DNA from: an uncultured Gemmatimonadales bacterium
GTDB taxonomy: Bacteria > Gemmatimonadota > Gemmatimonadetes > Longimicrobiales > Longimicrobiaceae
Direction of reading: 5' to 3'
NCBI GenBank assembly: GCA_963716255.1
Contig: OY970303.1
Span: 5,984,001-6,048,000 of the forward strand
Length of the DNA stretch: 64,000 bases
Part shown: positions 9,139-18,216 of the stretch, one piece after another
How positions within the stretch are numbered: position 1 is the first letter of the stretch
How the letters are laid out: each line of letters opens with the position of its first letter
The notes under the pieces: generated by a model
Told to the model about the DNA's origin: nothing
Databases searched by the model: none
Seen by the model: the letters and a program-made list of their open reading frames with translations, nothing else
Position numbers and translations under genes: made by a program

Positions 9139-9267
9139 GCGTGAGGGATGCGCGCCCGGAGGGCCGAGACCCGACAGCAGTACCGTCGGGGCTCGGCTGC
9201 GTTGGGAACGGTAGTATCGTTCCCTACGCAGCGCGCAGCCCGACCCGAGCGCCAGCGAGGGGCACGC
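9139..9267 (+). repeat. Family A structured repeat, divergent copy A2
   Basis: Same fold as A1 with compensatory changes in the inner stems. Confidence 0.85.
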
Positions 9268-9319
9268 CCAACCCCGCAGTTCAAAGCAGTTCGTCCCGGA
9301 AGCCCGAGCCCGACCGCTG

Positions 9320-10045
9320 ATGAGGCTGTACGTCAACATCGACCACGTGGCCACGGTACGTCAGGCCCGCCGCACGGACGAGCCGGACCCGGTGCGCGCC
9401 GCGGTGCTCGCGGAGCTGGGCGGGGCGGACGGCATCACCGTGCACCTGCGCGAGGACCGGCGCCACGTGCAGGACCGCGACGTGCGCATCCTGATGGAGA
9501 CGGCGCGCACCGGCATCAACCTGGAGCTGGCCGCCGCCTCCGAGGTGCTGGCGCTGGCGGAGGCGTGGCGGCCCATGCAGGCGACGCTCGTCCCCGAGAA
9601 GCGGGAGGAAGTCACCACCGAGGGCGGGCTGGCGCTGGACACCCTGGAGGCCCGCCGGCACGTGGCCGCGGCCGCGGACCGGCTGAAGGCGGCGGGGATC
9701 CGCACGTCGCTGTTCGTCGACCCGGACCCGGAGGCGGTCCGCGCCTCGGTGCAGATGGGGGTGGACGCGGTGGAGCTGCACACCGGCGAGTACGCCAACA
9801 CCCGCGGCGCCGAGCGCGACGCGCAGCTGGGCCGCCTGCGCCGCGCCGCCTCGCTGGGGCGCTCGCTGGGGCTGGCGGTGCACGCGGGGCACGGCCTCAC
9901 CTACGAGAACGTGACGCCGGTGGCCATGGTCCCCGAGATCGAGGAGCTGAACATCGGCCACTCCATCATCAGCCGCGCCGTGCTGGTGGGGCTGGAGCGC
10001 GCCACGCGCGAGATGGCGGAGATCCTCCGCCGGGCGCGCGCCTGA
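9320..10045 (+). CDS. pdxJ: Pyridoxine 5'-phosphate synthase
   Basis: [51 protein letters not shown]. Confidence 0.96.
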   Translation: MRLYVNIDHVATVRQARRTDEPDPVRAAVLAELGGADGITVHLREDRRHVQDRDVRILMETARTGINLELAAASEVLALAEAWRPMQATLVPEKREEVTTEGGLALDTLEARRHVAAAADRLKAAGIRTSLFVDPDPEAVRASVQMGVDAVELHTGEYANTRGAERDAQLGRLRRAASLGRSLGLAVHAGHGLTYENVTPVAMVPEIEELNIGHSIISRAVLVGLERATREMAEILRRARA

Positions 10046-10062
10046 CCACCCGGAGAGAGCCC

Positions 10063-11490
10063 GTGTCCCAATCGCTGAGCGACTACTTCGCCCTGGAAGC
10101 GGGCGAGTTTCTGGACCAGCTGGACGCGCTCCTGGCGGGCGGCGGCACGCCCGACGCGGAGCGCTTCTTCCGCCTGGCGCGCGGCGTCCGCGGCAGCGCG
10201 CGCATGGCGCAGGAGACGCAGATCGCCGGGGTGGCGGAGGCGCTGGAGGGCGCCGCCCGGGCGCTCCTGGAAAGCTCCCTCCCCTGGAGCGAGGAGACCC
10301 GCGCCCTGGCGGTCCGCACGGTGGACAACCTGCGGGTGCTGGTGCGCGCGCGCGGCCGCTGGACCCCGGCCGAGGACGCCCGGGCCCGCGAGGCGGCAGC
10401 GCGCTGGACGGGGATGGCGGCGGAGCGGGGGCCCGCCCGCGCGGCGGACGGGGCGGCGGACCAGTTCCTCGCCTTCCTGCGCCGCGAGGTGATGGGGGTG
10501 GTGTCGGAGCTGGACCACGCCTCGGAAAGCCTGCGGCGGGCCCCGGAGGAGCGGGAGCCGCTGCGCGAGGTGGTGCGGCGCATGCGCCCGCTGCGCGGGA
10601 TGACGGGGGTGGACGCCCTCGCCCCCGTGCAGGAGGTGCTGGAAGGGGTGGAGGAGACGGCCGGCGCGCTGGTGTCGCGCCCGGGCGGCCTCACCGACGC
10701 GCACCTGGAGCTGCTCGGGGCGGCGCGCGGCGCGCTGGCGGCGGCGCTCGCGGCGGTGGAGCGGGGCGGCGACGCGCCGGGGCTCCCGGAGCTGGAGCGC
10801 TTCCGCGACGCCCGCGACCGCCTGGCGGAGGCGGCCTCCGGCGCCGCCGCCGAGGACCAGGACGTGCTGCCGGTGAGCGCGCTCTTCTTCGACGACGCGG
10901 GGCCGCACGTGGTGTCCTCGCCGCTGGCGCCGGTCCCCGCCGCGGGCGAGGGCGTCCCGGGCGAGGTGGAGCGCTTCCTCCGGCTGGAGGCCACCGGGTT
11001 CCTGGACCGCGCGGAGGCGCTGCTCGCCAGCGTCTCCGGCCGCCGCGACCGCAGCTTCGGCGGGGTTGCGGTGCAGCTCGCGGCGCTGGCGCAGTCGGTC
11101 TGCGAGCTGGCCGGGACGTACGGCATGGCCGCCGTGGCGACGGCGGCGGCGGGCGCCGCGGACGAGCTGCGCGCGGCGTCGGCCGCCCCGGAGGCGCGGG
11201 CGGCGCTCGCGCGGCTGCGCGCCGCGATCCCGGGCGCGGCGTCGGCCGCCCCGCGGCCGGCCGGCGCGGCGGCCGCCACCGAAGCCACGGCAGGGAGCGC
11301 CGCGGAGGCGGAGGACGGCGTGGTGCCGGTGGAGTCGCTGCTCTTCCGGGGCGGCGCCGCGCTCCGCGAGGCGCTCTCGCTCCGGCCGGAGATCGAGCGG
11401 CTGGCCGCGGCGTCGCCGGAGCTGCGCGGCCGGCTGGAAGAGCTGTTCGACCTGGTCTCACTGGGAATGGAAGCGCCCGCGGGCTCCTGA
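10063..11490 (+). CDS. Hypothetical all-helical protein with three degenerate Hpt-like repeats
   Basis: GTG start after GGAGAG; YFALEAGEFLDQL...FFRLARGVRGSA and two similar units. Confidence 0.7.
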   Translation: MSQSLSDYFALEAGEFLDQLDALLAGGGTPDAERFFRLARGVRGSARMAQETQIAGVAEALEGAARALLESSLPWSEETRALAVRTVDNLRVLVRARGRWTPAEDARAREAAARWTGMAAERGPARAADGAADQFLAFLRREVMGVVSELDHASESLRRAPEEREPLREVVRRMRPLRGMTGVDALAPVQEVLEGVEETAGALVSRPGGLTDAHLELLGAARGALAAALAAVERGGDAPGLPELERFRDARDRLAEAASGAAAEDQDVLPVSALFFDDAGPHVVSSPLAPVPAAGEGVPGEVERFLRLEATGFLDRAEALLASVSGRRDRSFGGVAVQLAALAQSVCELAGTYGMAAVATAAAGAADELRAASAAPEARAALARLRAAIPGAASAAPRPAGAAAATEATAGSAAEAEDGVVPVESLLFRGGAALREALSLRPEIERLAAASPELRGRLEELFDLVSLGMEAPAGS

Positions 11491-11493
11491 CGA

Positions 11494-12561
11494 ATGAAGC
11501 TGAACGCAAAGGCGGTCCTCGGGATCGCGGTGAGCCTCCTCCTCCTCTGGTGGGCTCTCCGCGATGTTTCGTTTGCGGAGGTGGTGCACGAGATCCGGAG
11601 CGCGGACCCGGTGCTCTTCCTCCTCGCCGTCGCGGTCGCCACCTCGGGGCTGGCGATCCGCGCGCTGCGCTGGAAGTCGCTCCTGGCGCCGGTGGCGGCG
11701 GAGGTGCCCTTCCGCCCGCGCTACGCGGCCGTGTCCATCGGCTTCGCCGCCAACAACCTGCTCCCCGCCCGGGTGGGCGAGTTCGCGCGCGCCTTCAGCC
11801 TGGGCCGGCTGGCGGGGGTGCCCATCGGGGCGGTGTTCGCCTCGCTGGTGATGGAGCGGGTCTTCGACGGCATGGCCATCGTGGGGCTGCTCTTCGCCGC
11901 CATGGCGGCGCCCTCGTTCCCGGCCACCGCGGAGATCGGCGGGGTGGACCCGCGGGTGGCGGCGCGCGTGGTGGCCGGCGTCACCGGCGCGCTCGCCGTG
12001 TTCCTGTTCCTGCTGGCGGTGACGCCGGAGCGCTCGGTGTCGGTGGCGGAGCGGGTCGCGCAGCGGGTGCTCCCGCCCAGCATGCGCCGGCCGCTGGTGG
12101 ACGCGCTGCACTCCTTCCTGGGGGGGCTCGGCATCCTCCGCGACCCCCGGCTGCTGCTGGTGTCGGTCGCCTGGGCGCTGGCGCAGTGGCTCTTCCTGGC
12201 GCTCTCCTTCTGGCTGGCCTTCCGCGCCTTCGGGATCACGCAGGTGCCCTTCGCGGGCGCGGTGTTCCTCCAGTCGCTGGTGTCGCTCGCGGTGGCGGTG
12301 CCGTCGTCGCCGGGGTTCTTCGGGCCGTGGGAGGCGGGGGCGAAGCTGGGGCTGGGGCTGTGGGGGGTGCCGGCGGGTCAGGCGGTCTCCTTCGCCATCG
12401 GCTTCCACATCGGCGGCTTCATCCCGGTGACGCTGATCGGGCTGTGGTACGTGTGGCGGCTGGACATCCGCTGGAAGGACGTGGAGCGCAGCGAGGAGAC
12501 GGTGGAGGAGATCGTGGAGCGCGACGAGGTCACCTCGGCGCCGGCGGTGCCGGAGCGATGA
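11494..12561 (+). CDS. Lysylphosphatidylglycerol-synthase TM-domain / flippase-like protein (UPF0104)
   Basis: RALRW, GFAANNLLPARVGEFAR, ERVFD, PSSPGFFG motifs; multi-TM. Confidence 0.88.
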   Translation: MKLNAKAVLGIAVSLLLLWWALRDVSFAEVVHEIRSADPVLFLLAVAVATSGLAIRALRWKSLLAPVAAEVPFRPRYAAVSIGFAANNLLPARVGEFARAFSLGRLAGVPIGAVFASLVMERVFDGMAIVGLLFAAMAAPSFPATAEIGGVDPRVAARVVAGVTGALAVFLFLLAVTPERSVSVAERVAQRVLPPSMRRPLVDALHSFLGGLGILRDPRLLLVSVAWALAQWLFLALSFWLAFRAFGITQVPFAGAVFLQSLVSLAVAVPSSPGFFGPWEAGAKLGLGLWGVPAGQAVSFAIGFHIGGFIPVTLIGLWYVWRLDIRWKDVERSEETVEEIVERDEVTSAPAVPER

Positions 12562-13457
12562 CCGTCCGGGTGGAGGCGCCGGCAAAGGTCAACCTGCGGC
12601 TCCGGGTGCTGGCCCGCGAGGCGTCGGGCTTCCACTCGCTGGAGTCGCTGTTCTGCTCCATCTCGCTCGCCGACACGGTGGAGGTGCGCGCGGGGGAGCC
12701 GGGGATCCGGCTGGAGGTGCGGGGCGGGGTGGAGACGGGGCCGCCGGAGCGCAACCTGGTGGTGCGCGCGGCGGAGCGCTTCCACTCGGCGCTGGGGACG
12801 CCGCCCGCGCTGGACGTGGCGCTCGCCAAGCGCATTCCCTCGGCGGCGGGGCTGGGCGGAGGCAGCTCGGACGCGGCGGCGACGCTGCGCGCCCTCAACG
12901 CGCTGCACGGGGAGCCGTTCGGGCGCGCGGAGCTGCTGGCGATGGCGGCGGAGCTGGGGAGCGACGTGCCCTTCTTCCTGTGCGGCTCCGCGCTGGCGCT
13001 GGGGTGGGGGAGGGGGGAGCGGCTGCTGGCGCTCCCGGCGCTTCCCCCGCGCCCGGTGCTGGTGGCGCACCCCGGCGTCGCCATGCCCACGGGCGAGGCG
13101 TTCCGGCGGATCGCGGAGCGCCGCGGCGGCGCGTGGGGGCCGGAGGCGTTCGCGTTCGGGCTGGAGATGCTGGGCGGCTGGCCCGGGGTGTCGGCGCTCG
13201 CGGAGAACGACTTCGAGGCGCCGGCGCTGGAGGCGATCCCCGCGCTCGCCGCCGCCAGGGAGGCGATGCGGGCGCCCGGCGCGCTCGTGTGCCTGCTGGC
13301 GGGGAGCGGCGCGTCCATGTTCGCGGTGTACCCGTCCACGGACGAGCGGGACGACGCGGAGCGGCGGGTGAAGGCGCTCGGGCTGGCGGCGTGGACGGCG
13401 CAAACGCTGGCGGAAGAGCCGCCGGTCCGGGTTGACCCTCCCGGCGGGAGCGGCTAG
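12558..13457 (+). CDS. ispE: 4-diphosphocytidyl-2-C-methyl-D-erythritol kinase
   Basis: APAKVNLRL, KRIPSAAGLGGGSSDAA, LGSDVPFF, NDFE, GSGA. Confidence 0.93.
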   Translation: MTVRVEAPAKVNLRLRVLAREASGFHSLESLFCSISLADTVEVRAGEPGIRLEVRGGVETGPPERNLVVRAAERFHSALGTPPALDVALAKRIPSAAGLGGGSSDAAATLRALNALHGEPFGRAELLAMAAELGSDVPFFLCGSALALGWGRGERLLALPALPPRPVLVAHPGVAMPTGEAFRRIAERRGGAWGPEAFAFGLEMLGGWPGVSALAENDFEAPALEAIPALAAAREAMRAPGALVCLLAGSGASMFAVYPSTDERDDAERRVKALGLAAWTAQTLAEEPPVRVDPPGGSG

Positions 13458-13460
13458 CTT
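13432..13460 (+). promoter_or_regulatory. sigma70-type promoter for tRNA-Gln
   Basis: TTGACC-17 nt-TAGCTT, about 35 nt upstream of the tRNA. Confidence 0.6.
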
Positions 13461-13495
13461 TTCCGGTCTGTACCGGCCTTTTTCGGGCCGGCGGC

Positions 13496-13566
13496 TGCCC
13501 CCTGGTGTAATGGCAGCACAGCGGTCTTTGGAACCGTTAGTGGAGGTTCGAATCCTCCGGGGGCAA
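13496..13566 (+). tRNA. tRNA-Gln (TTG anticodon), CCA not encoded
   Basis: Acceptor TGCCCCC/GGGGGCA, D loop TGTAATGGCAGCA, anticodon arm GCGGT-CTTTGGA-ACCGT, T arm GGAGG-TTCGAAT-CCTCC. Confidence 0.96.
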
Positions 13567-13825
13567 TCCTTCATTGCTCGTGGCCCGTCCTGCGCTCGGC
13601 GCGGCGGGCCGCCTCCTTCCCGTGCCGCGGCCGTCCCGGCGCCCTTCGCGGCTTCCGTCCCGTCGTGATTCTCCGACCTTTCCCGCCCGGAAGACATCCC
13701 TTGATTCGCGCGCCGCTTCCACTAACTTCCACGCGTGAAGCGGCTTCGTCCCGGTGAAGCCCCTCGCCGTCCCGGTCCCCGGGGACGGCCTCCCCCGCCG
13801 GTCACCCCCGCCCGAGAAGCAACCG

Positions 13826-14749
13826 ATGCTGTCCCGCCGCGCCCTCCTCGCCGCACTCGCCGCCGCCCTCCTCGGCCCGGCCGCCGAAGCCCAGTCCGTC
13901 CCCGCCGTCGCGACCGCTCCCGCGCAGGCCGCACCCGCGCAGCCGTCGCCGAGGGCCAACCCCCGGCTGCGGATGGTGGTCAACGTCCCCGCCGGCCGCC
14001 TGGACCTGATCGCCGGCGATTCCGCGGTCAGGAGCTACCCGGTGTCCGTGGGGACGCGCGGGCACCCCACGCCCACCGGCACGTTCTGGATCTCCAACAT
14101 GATCTGGAACCCGCGCTGGCACCCGCCCGAGAGCGAGTGGGCCGCGGGCCGCAAGCCCGAGCCGCCCGGGCCCGGCAACCCCATGGGTCGCGTCAAGCTC
14201 CACATCTCGGAGCTGTACTACATCCACGGCACCACCAGCGTGGGGCGCCTGGGCGGCCCGGCCTCGCACGGGTGCATCCGCATGGCCAACGCGGACATCA
14301 TGGACCTGACGCGGCGGCTCCACGCGGACCGCACCCCCGGGTTCGGCAGGCAGCACATCGACTACCTGGTGGAGCACTCCAAGGTGACGCACGAGGTGCC
14401 CATCTACAACCCGATCCGGCTGGACGTGGTGTACCGCCTGGCCGAGCTGCGCGGCGACCAGGTGCAGATGCACCCCGACGTGTACGGCCGCGGCGGGCGC
14501 GTCCTCGCCGACGCGCGCGACCTGCTCCGCAGGAAGGGGCTCCCGCAGGACCAGCTGGAGCACCGCGCGCTCACCGACGCGTACGACGACTGGACGCGCC
14601 GGGGGAGAGGCCGGGTGGCACTGGCCACCCTCGCCGCGCCCTACACGCCGCCCCCGCCCCCCGCGCCCGTGCTGCCCGACCGCGCGGTGCAGCCCCGCCT
14701 GCTGGGCGTGGAGGTCGCCCGCGCCGACTCCGCCGGGGTGACGCGGTAG
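13826..14749 (+). CDS. L,D-transpeptidase (YkuD family), secreted
   Basis: Signal MLSRRALLAALAAALL; PGPGNPMG; YYIHGT...GGPASHGCIRM catalytic motif. Confidence 0.9.
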   Translation: MLSRRALLAALAAALLGPAAEAQSVPAVATAPAQAAPAQPSPRANPRLRMVVNVPAGRLDLIAGDSAVRSYPVSVGTRGHPTPTGTFWISNMIWNPRWHPPESEWAAGRKPEPPGPGNPMGRVKLHISELYYIHGTTSVGRLGGPASHGCIRMANADIMDLTRRLHADRTPGFGRQHIDYLVEHSKVTHEVPIYNPIRLDVVYRLAELRGDQVQMHPDVYGRGGRVLADARDLLRRKGLPQDQLEHRALTDAYDDWTRRGRGRVALATLAAPYTPPPPPAPVLPDRAVQPRLLGVEVARADSAGVTR

Positions 14750-14802
14750 GACGGACGATTCAGCGGCCCGTGAGAGCGGTCCGCTGAAACGTGAACACGG
14801 CG

Positions 14803-14837
14803 GACGCCGGAAGCTCCCAGCGGGGGCTTCCGGCGTC
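14803..14837. terminator. Strong hairpin after the L,D-transpeptidase gene
   Basis: GACGCCGGAAGCTCCC/GGGGGCTTCCGGCGTC stem; no clear U-tract. Confidence 0.45.
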
Positions 14838-14857
14838 TCGCGTTGGGGGGGGCATGG

Positions 14858-14965
14858 CCCTCACCCGGCTCGCTTGAGGCTCGCCACCCTCCCCCAATTC
14901 TGGGGGAGGGTTTCCCGTACCTCGGGTTTGCCGTTCTCCCCCTCTCCCGCTTGCGGGGGAGGGGG
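14858..14965. repeat. Family C REP-like cluster (two palindromes)
   Basis: CCCTCACCCGGCTCGCTTGAGGCTCGCCA-CCCTCCCCCAATTCTGGGGGAGGG and CCCCTCTCCCGCTTGCGGGGGAGGGG. Confidence 0.85.
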
Positions 14966-14988
14966 CCGGAGGGAGGGGGCTCGCCGTC

Positions 14989-15115
14989 GCGTGAGGGATT
15001 TCGGCCCGGAGGGGCGAGACCCGCGGGCAGTTTCGCGGGGCTCGACTCCGTTACGCACGGTTGTTTCGTGCGTTACGGAGCCGAAGCCCGACCCCGGCGC
15101 CAGCCGGGGACACGC
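14989..15115 (+). repeat. Family A structured repeat, copy A3
   Basis: Conserved scaffold; stems CCCGCG/CGCGGG and ACGCACG/CGTGCGT covary relative to A1. Confidence 0.92.
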
Positions 15116-15262
15116 CCAAACCAGCCGTAAAAAGCCGTTACGAACCTGCTCCCTGTCCGTCGCCCGCCCGCCCGCATACGTTTTGCATCGTCCCCAGGCA
15201 CCCGGAGCCCGCGCCCGCCCCGACGCGGCCCCACACCCAGGCCCCCCCGTTCTCCGCTCCCC

Positions 15263-16531
15263 ATGAGCCAGATGCTCGCGGTCATTCTCGGAGGTGGCGT
15301 CGGCACGCGGCTGTTCCCCCTGACCAGCGACCGCGCCAAGCCGGCCGTGCCGCTCGCCGGGAAATACCGCCTCGTGGACGTGCCCATCTCCAACTGCATC
15401 AACTCCGGCCTGTACCGGATCTTCGTGCTGACGCAGTACAACTCCGCCAGCCTCAACAACCACGTCGCGCGCTCCTACGTCTTCGACCGCTTCCACGGCG
15501 GCTTCGTGACCATCCTGGCCGCCGAGCAGACCGCGTCTTCGGGGCTCTGGTACCAGGGCACGGCCGACGCCGTGCGCCAGACGCTGCTGCACATCCGCAA
15601 CTACCCGCACGACCACGTCATCATCCTGTCCGGCGACCAGCTGTACTCCATGGACTACCGGACCATGCTGGAGCACCACGAGAAGCACGGGGCCGACATC
15701 ACCGTGGCGGTGACCCCGGTCCGCGCGGACGAGGCGCCCGGCTTCGGGATCCTGAAGACCGACGACGAGAACCGCATCACCGAGTTCCACGAGAAGCCGC
15801 CGCGGCACGAGCTGGGGGGCAAGGAGAGCCCCGTCTCGCCGGAGATGGAGGGCGCGGGGCGGACGTTCCTGGCCTCCATGGGCATCTACATCTTCAATGC
15901 CGGCGTCCTCACCGACCTGCTGGAGTCGCGCCCGGGCGACCACGACTTCGGCAAGCAGGTGATCCCCTCCGCGCTCCGGGAGCGGAAGGTGGTGGCGTAC
16001 CCCTTCACCGGGTACTGGAACGACATCGGCACCGTGCGCTCGTTCTTCGACACCAACATCATGCTGGCCCAGCCGCACCCGGAGTTCAACCTGTACGACG
16101 CGCAGCGCCCGCTGTACACCAACGCCCGCATGCTGCCGCCGGCGAAGATCATCCGCACCTCGGTGGAGCGCTCCATCATCGCGGAGGGGAGCGTGATCGT
16201 GGACAGCGACATCACCGATTCGGTCATCGGCATCCGCTCGTACATCAGCCACGGCACGCGCATCCACCGCACGGTGCTCCTGGGCTCCGACTACTACGCC
16301 TGGGAGGGGGGCGAGGGGCGCGCTCCGGTGTACGGCCCCAACAACCCGGGGATCGGGGAGGGGACGCGGATCGAGAACGCCATCGTGGACCGCAACGCGT
16401 CCATCGGCAATCGCTGCGTGATCACCAACAAGGAGGGGACGCAGGAGGGCGAGGGGCCGGGCTTCTACATCCGCGACGGCATCGTGGTCGTGGTCAAGAA
16501 CGCCGAGATCCCCGATGGCACCGTCATCTGA
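15263..16531 (+). CDS. glgC: Glucose-1-phosphate adenylyltransferase
   Basis: ILGGGVGTRLFPLT, RAKPAVP, WYQGTADAVRQ, SGDQLY, ASMGIY, DFGK, YWNDIGT. Confidence 0.96.
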   Translation: MSQMLAVILGGGVGTRLFPLTSDRAKPAVPLAGKYRLVDVPISNCINSGLYRIFVLTQYNSASLNNHVARSYVFDRFHGGFVTILAAEQTASSGLWYQGTADAVRQTLLHIRNYPHDHVIILSGDQLYSMDYRTMLEHHEKHGADITVAVTPVRADEAPGFGILKTDDENRITEFHEKPPRHELGGKESPVSPEMEGAGRTFLASMGIYIFNAGVLTDLLESRPGDHDFGKQVIPSALRERKVVAYPFTGYWNDIGTVRSFFDTNIMLAQPHPEFNLYDAQRPLYTNARMLPPAKIIRTSVERSIIAEGSVIVDSDITDSVIGIRSYISHGTRIHRTVLLGSDYYAWEGGEGRAPVYGPNNPGIGEGTRIENAIVDRNASIGNRCVITNKEGTQEGEGPGFYIRDGIVVVVKNAEIPDGTVI

Positions 16532-16582
16532 CTTGATCTTTGTCCAAACGGCTTGAACGGCTTACGACGACTGCGGGGTCGG

Positions 16583-16709
16583 GCGTGCCCCCGGCTGGCG
16601 CCGGGGTCGGGCTTCGGCTCCGTAACGCAGCAAACAACGCTGCGTAACGGAGTCGAGCCCCGGCAAACTGCCGCCGGGTCTCGCCCCTTCGGGCCGAAAT
16701 CCCTCACGC
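16583..16709 (-). repeat. Family A structured repeat, copy A4 (inverted), followed by family C hairpins to about 16800
   Basis: Reverse complement matches the A1 core. Confidence 0.92.
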
Positions 16710-16833
16710 GGGTTTCGCGCTGGCGTCCGCGGGGGCCCCCACCCCGGCGCTGCGCGCCACCCCTCCCCCTTGCGGGGAGGGGGCCGGGGGAGGGGGCCCC
16801 GGCTCACACACATTTCCCGTTGACCCGGCTCCA

Positions 16834-18072
16834 ATGCGAATCGCCCTGTTCAGCAACGAGTACCCGCCCCACGTCTACGGGGGGGCGGGGGTGCACGTGG
16901 AGTACCTGTCGCGCGAGCTGGCGGCGCTGGAAGGTGGCCACCGGGTGGACGTGTTCTGCTTCGGCGAGCAGCGGGAGGACCGCGGGGGGCTGCACGTGCG
17001 CGGTATCCCGCCGGGGCCGGCCGTCCCGGCGCAGGACCCCCGCCACGGGCGGCTGCTGGACGCGCTGTCGCGCAACCTGGCCATGGCCGGCGCGGCGGAA
17101 GCGCCCGACGTGGTGCACTGCCACACCTGGTACGCGCACCTGGCCGGCTGCCTGGCCCGGCCGCTGACCGGCGCCCGGCTGGTGCTCACCACGCACTCGC
17201 TGGAGCCGCACCGCCCCTGGAAGGTGGAGCAGCTGGGGACCGCCTACCACGCCACCGCCTGGGTGGAGCGCACCGCCTACGCCAACGCGGACGGCGTGGT
17301 CGCCGTGTCCGAGGCGATGAAGCGCGACGTGCAGGAGCTGTACGGTGTCCCGGCCGAGCGGGTGCGCGTCATCCACAACGGCATCGACCCGGACGAGTAC
17401 CGGCCCCGCCACGACCCCGCCGTGCTGCGGCGCCTGGGGGTGGACCCGGAGGTGCCGATGGTGCTGTTCGTGGGCCGCATCACCCGGCAGAAGGGGATCC
17501 TCCACCTGGTGCGCGCCCTCCGGCACCTGCGCTCCCCCGTGCAGGTGGTGCTCTGCGCCGGCGCGCCCGACACCCCGGAGATCGCCGACGAGATGGCCGC
17601 GCGGGTGGACGAGGCCCGGCGCGAGGCCGCGGCCCCCATCGTGTGGATCCCGGAGATGCTCCCCAAGGAGGACGTCATCGTGCTGTACTCGCACGCCGCC
17701 GTCTTCGTCTGCCCCTCCGTGTACGAGCCGTTCGGGATCATCAACCTGGAGGCCATGGCGTGCGAGACGCCCGTGGTCGCCTCGGCGGTGGGCGGCATCC
17801 CCGAGATCGTCGTCCCCGGCGAGACCGGGCTGCTGGTCGAGCTCCAGGACGTGGGCGCGGGAGATCCCGAGCCGCGCGACCCCGAGAGCTTCGCCCGCGC
17901 CCTGGCCGCCGCCGTGGACGAGCTCATGGCCGACCCGGAGCGGCGCGCGGCCATGGGCGCCGCCGCGCGGGAGCGCGTGCTGGCCCGCTTCAGCTGGCGG
18001 CGTATCGCCGAGCTGACGATGGATTTCTATTGCGACCTGCTGGACACGCCTCCGCGCTCCCCGGCGGGGTGA
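16834..18072 (+). CDS. glgA: GT4 glycogen synthase / alpha-maltose-1-phosphate synthase (GlgA/GlgM type)
   Basis: EYPPHVYGGAGVHV, HSLEPHRPWKVEQLG, FVGRITRQKG, EPFGIINLEAMAC. Confidence 0.9.
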   Translation: MRIALFSNEYPPHVYGGAGVHVEYLSRELAALEGGHRVDVFCFGEQREDRGGLHVRGIPPGPAVPAQDPRHGRLLDALSRNLAMAGAAEAPDVVHCHTWYAHLAGCLARPLTGARLVLTTHSLEPHRPWKVEQLGTAYHATAWVERTAYANADGVVAVSEAMKRDVQELYGVPAERVRVIHNGIDPDEYRPRHDPAVLRRLGVDPEVPMVLFVGRITRQKGILHLVRALRHLRSPVQVVLCAGAPDTPEIADEMAARVDEARREAAAPIVWIPEMLPKEDVIVLYSHAAVFVCPSVYEPFGIINLEAMACETPVVASAVGGIPEIVVPGETGLLVELQDVGAGDPEPRDPESFARALAAAVDELMADPERRAAMGAAARERVLARFSWRRIAELTMDFYCDLLDTPPRSPAG

Positions 18073-18216
18073 CGCCGCCGCGCCGGAACGGCGTGTCCTG
18101 AAACATCTTCCCGGCCCGCGCGGACGCTTGCCAACACCGCGTCCCCGCGGCAATGTAGGAACGGGCGCGCTCCCTCGCCGGCCGCGCGCCCCTCCCCCTG
18201 CTCCCCGCCCGCCGCG

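Noticed and set aside
13496..13600. tRNA-Gln as a prophage or ICE attachment site
   Set aside because: No integrase and no duplicated tRNA 3' end seen in the window.
16465..16707. Recurrent small ORFs beginning MRDFGPKGRDP (also 20138-20572 and 53215-53397), and N-terminal extensions of the LEA, pcrA and M16 ORFs
   Set aside because: These are translations of repeat families A and B; variation between copies preserves base pairing, not reading frame or amino acids.
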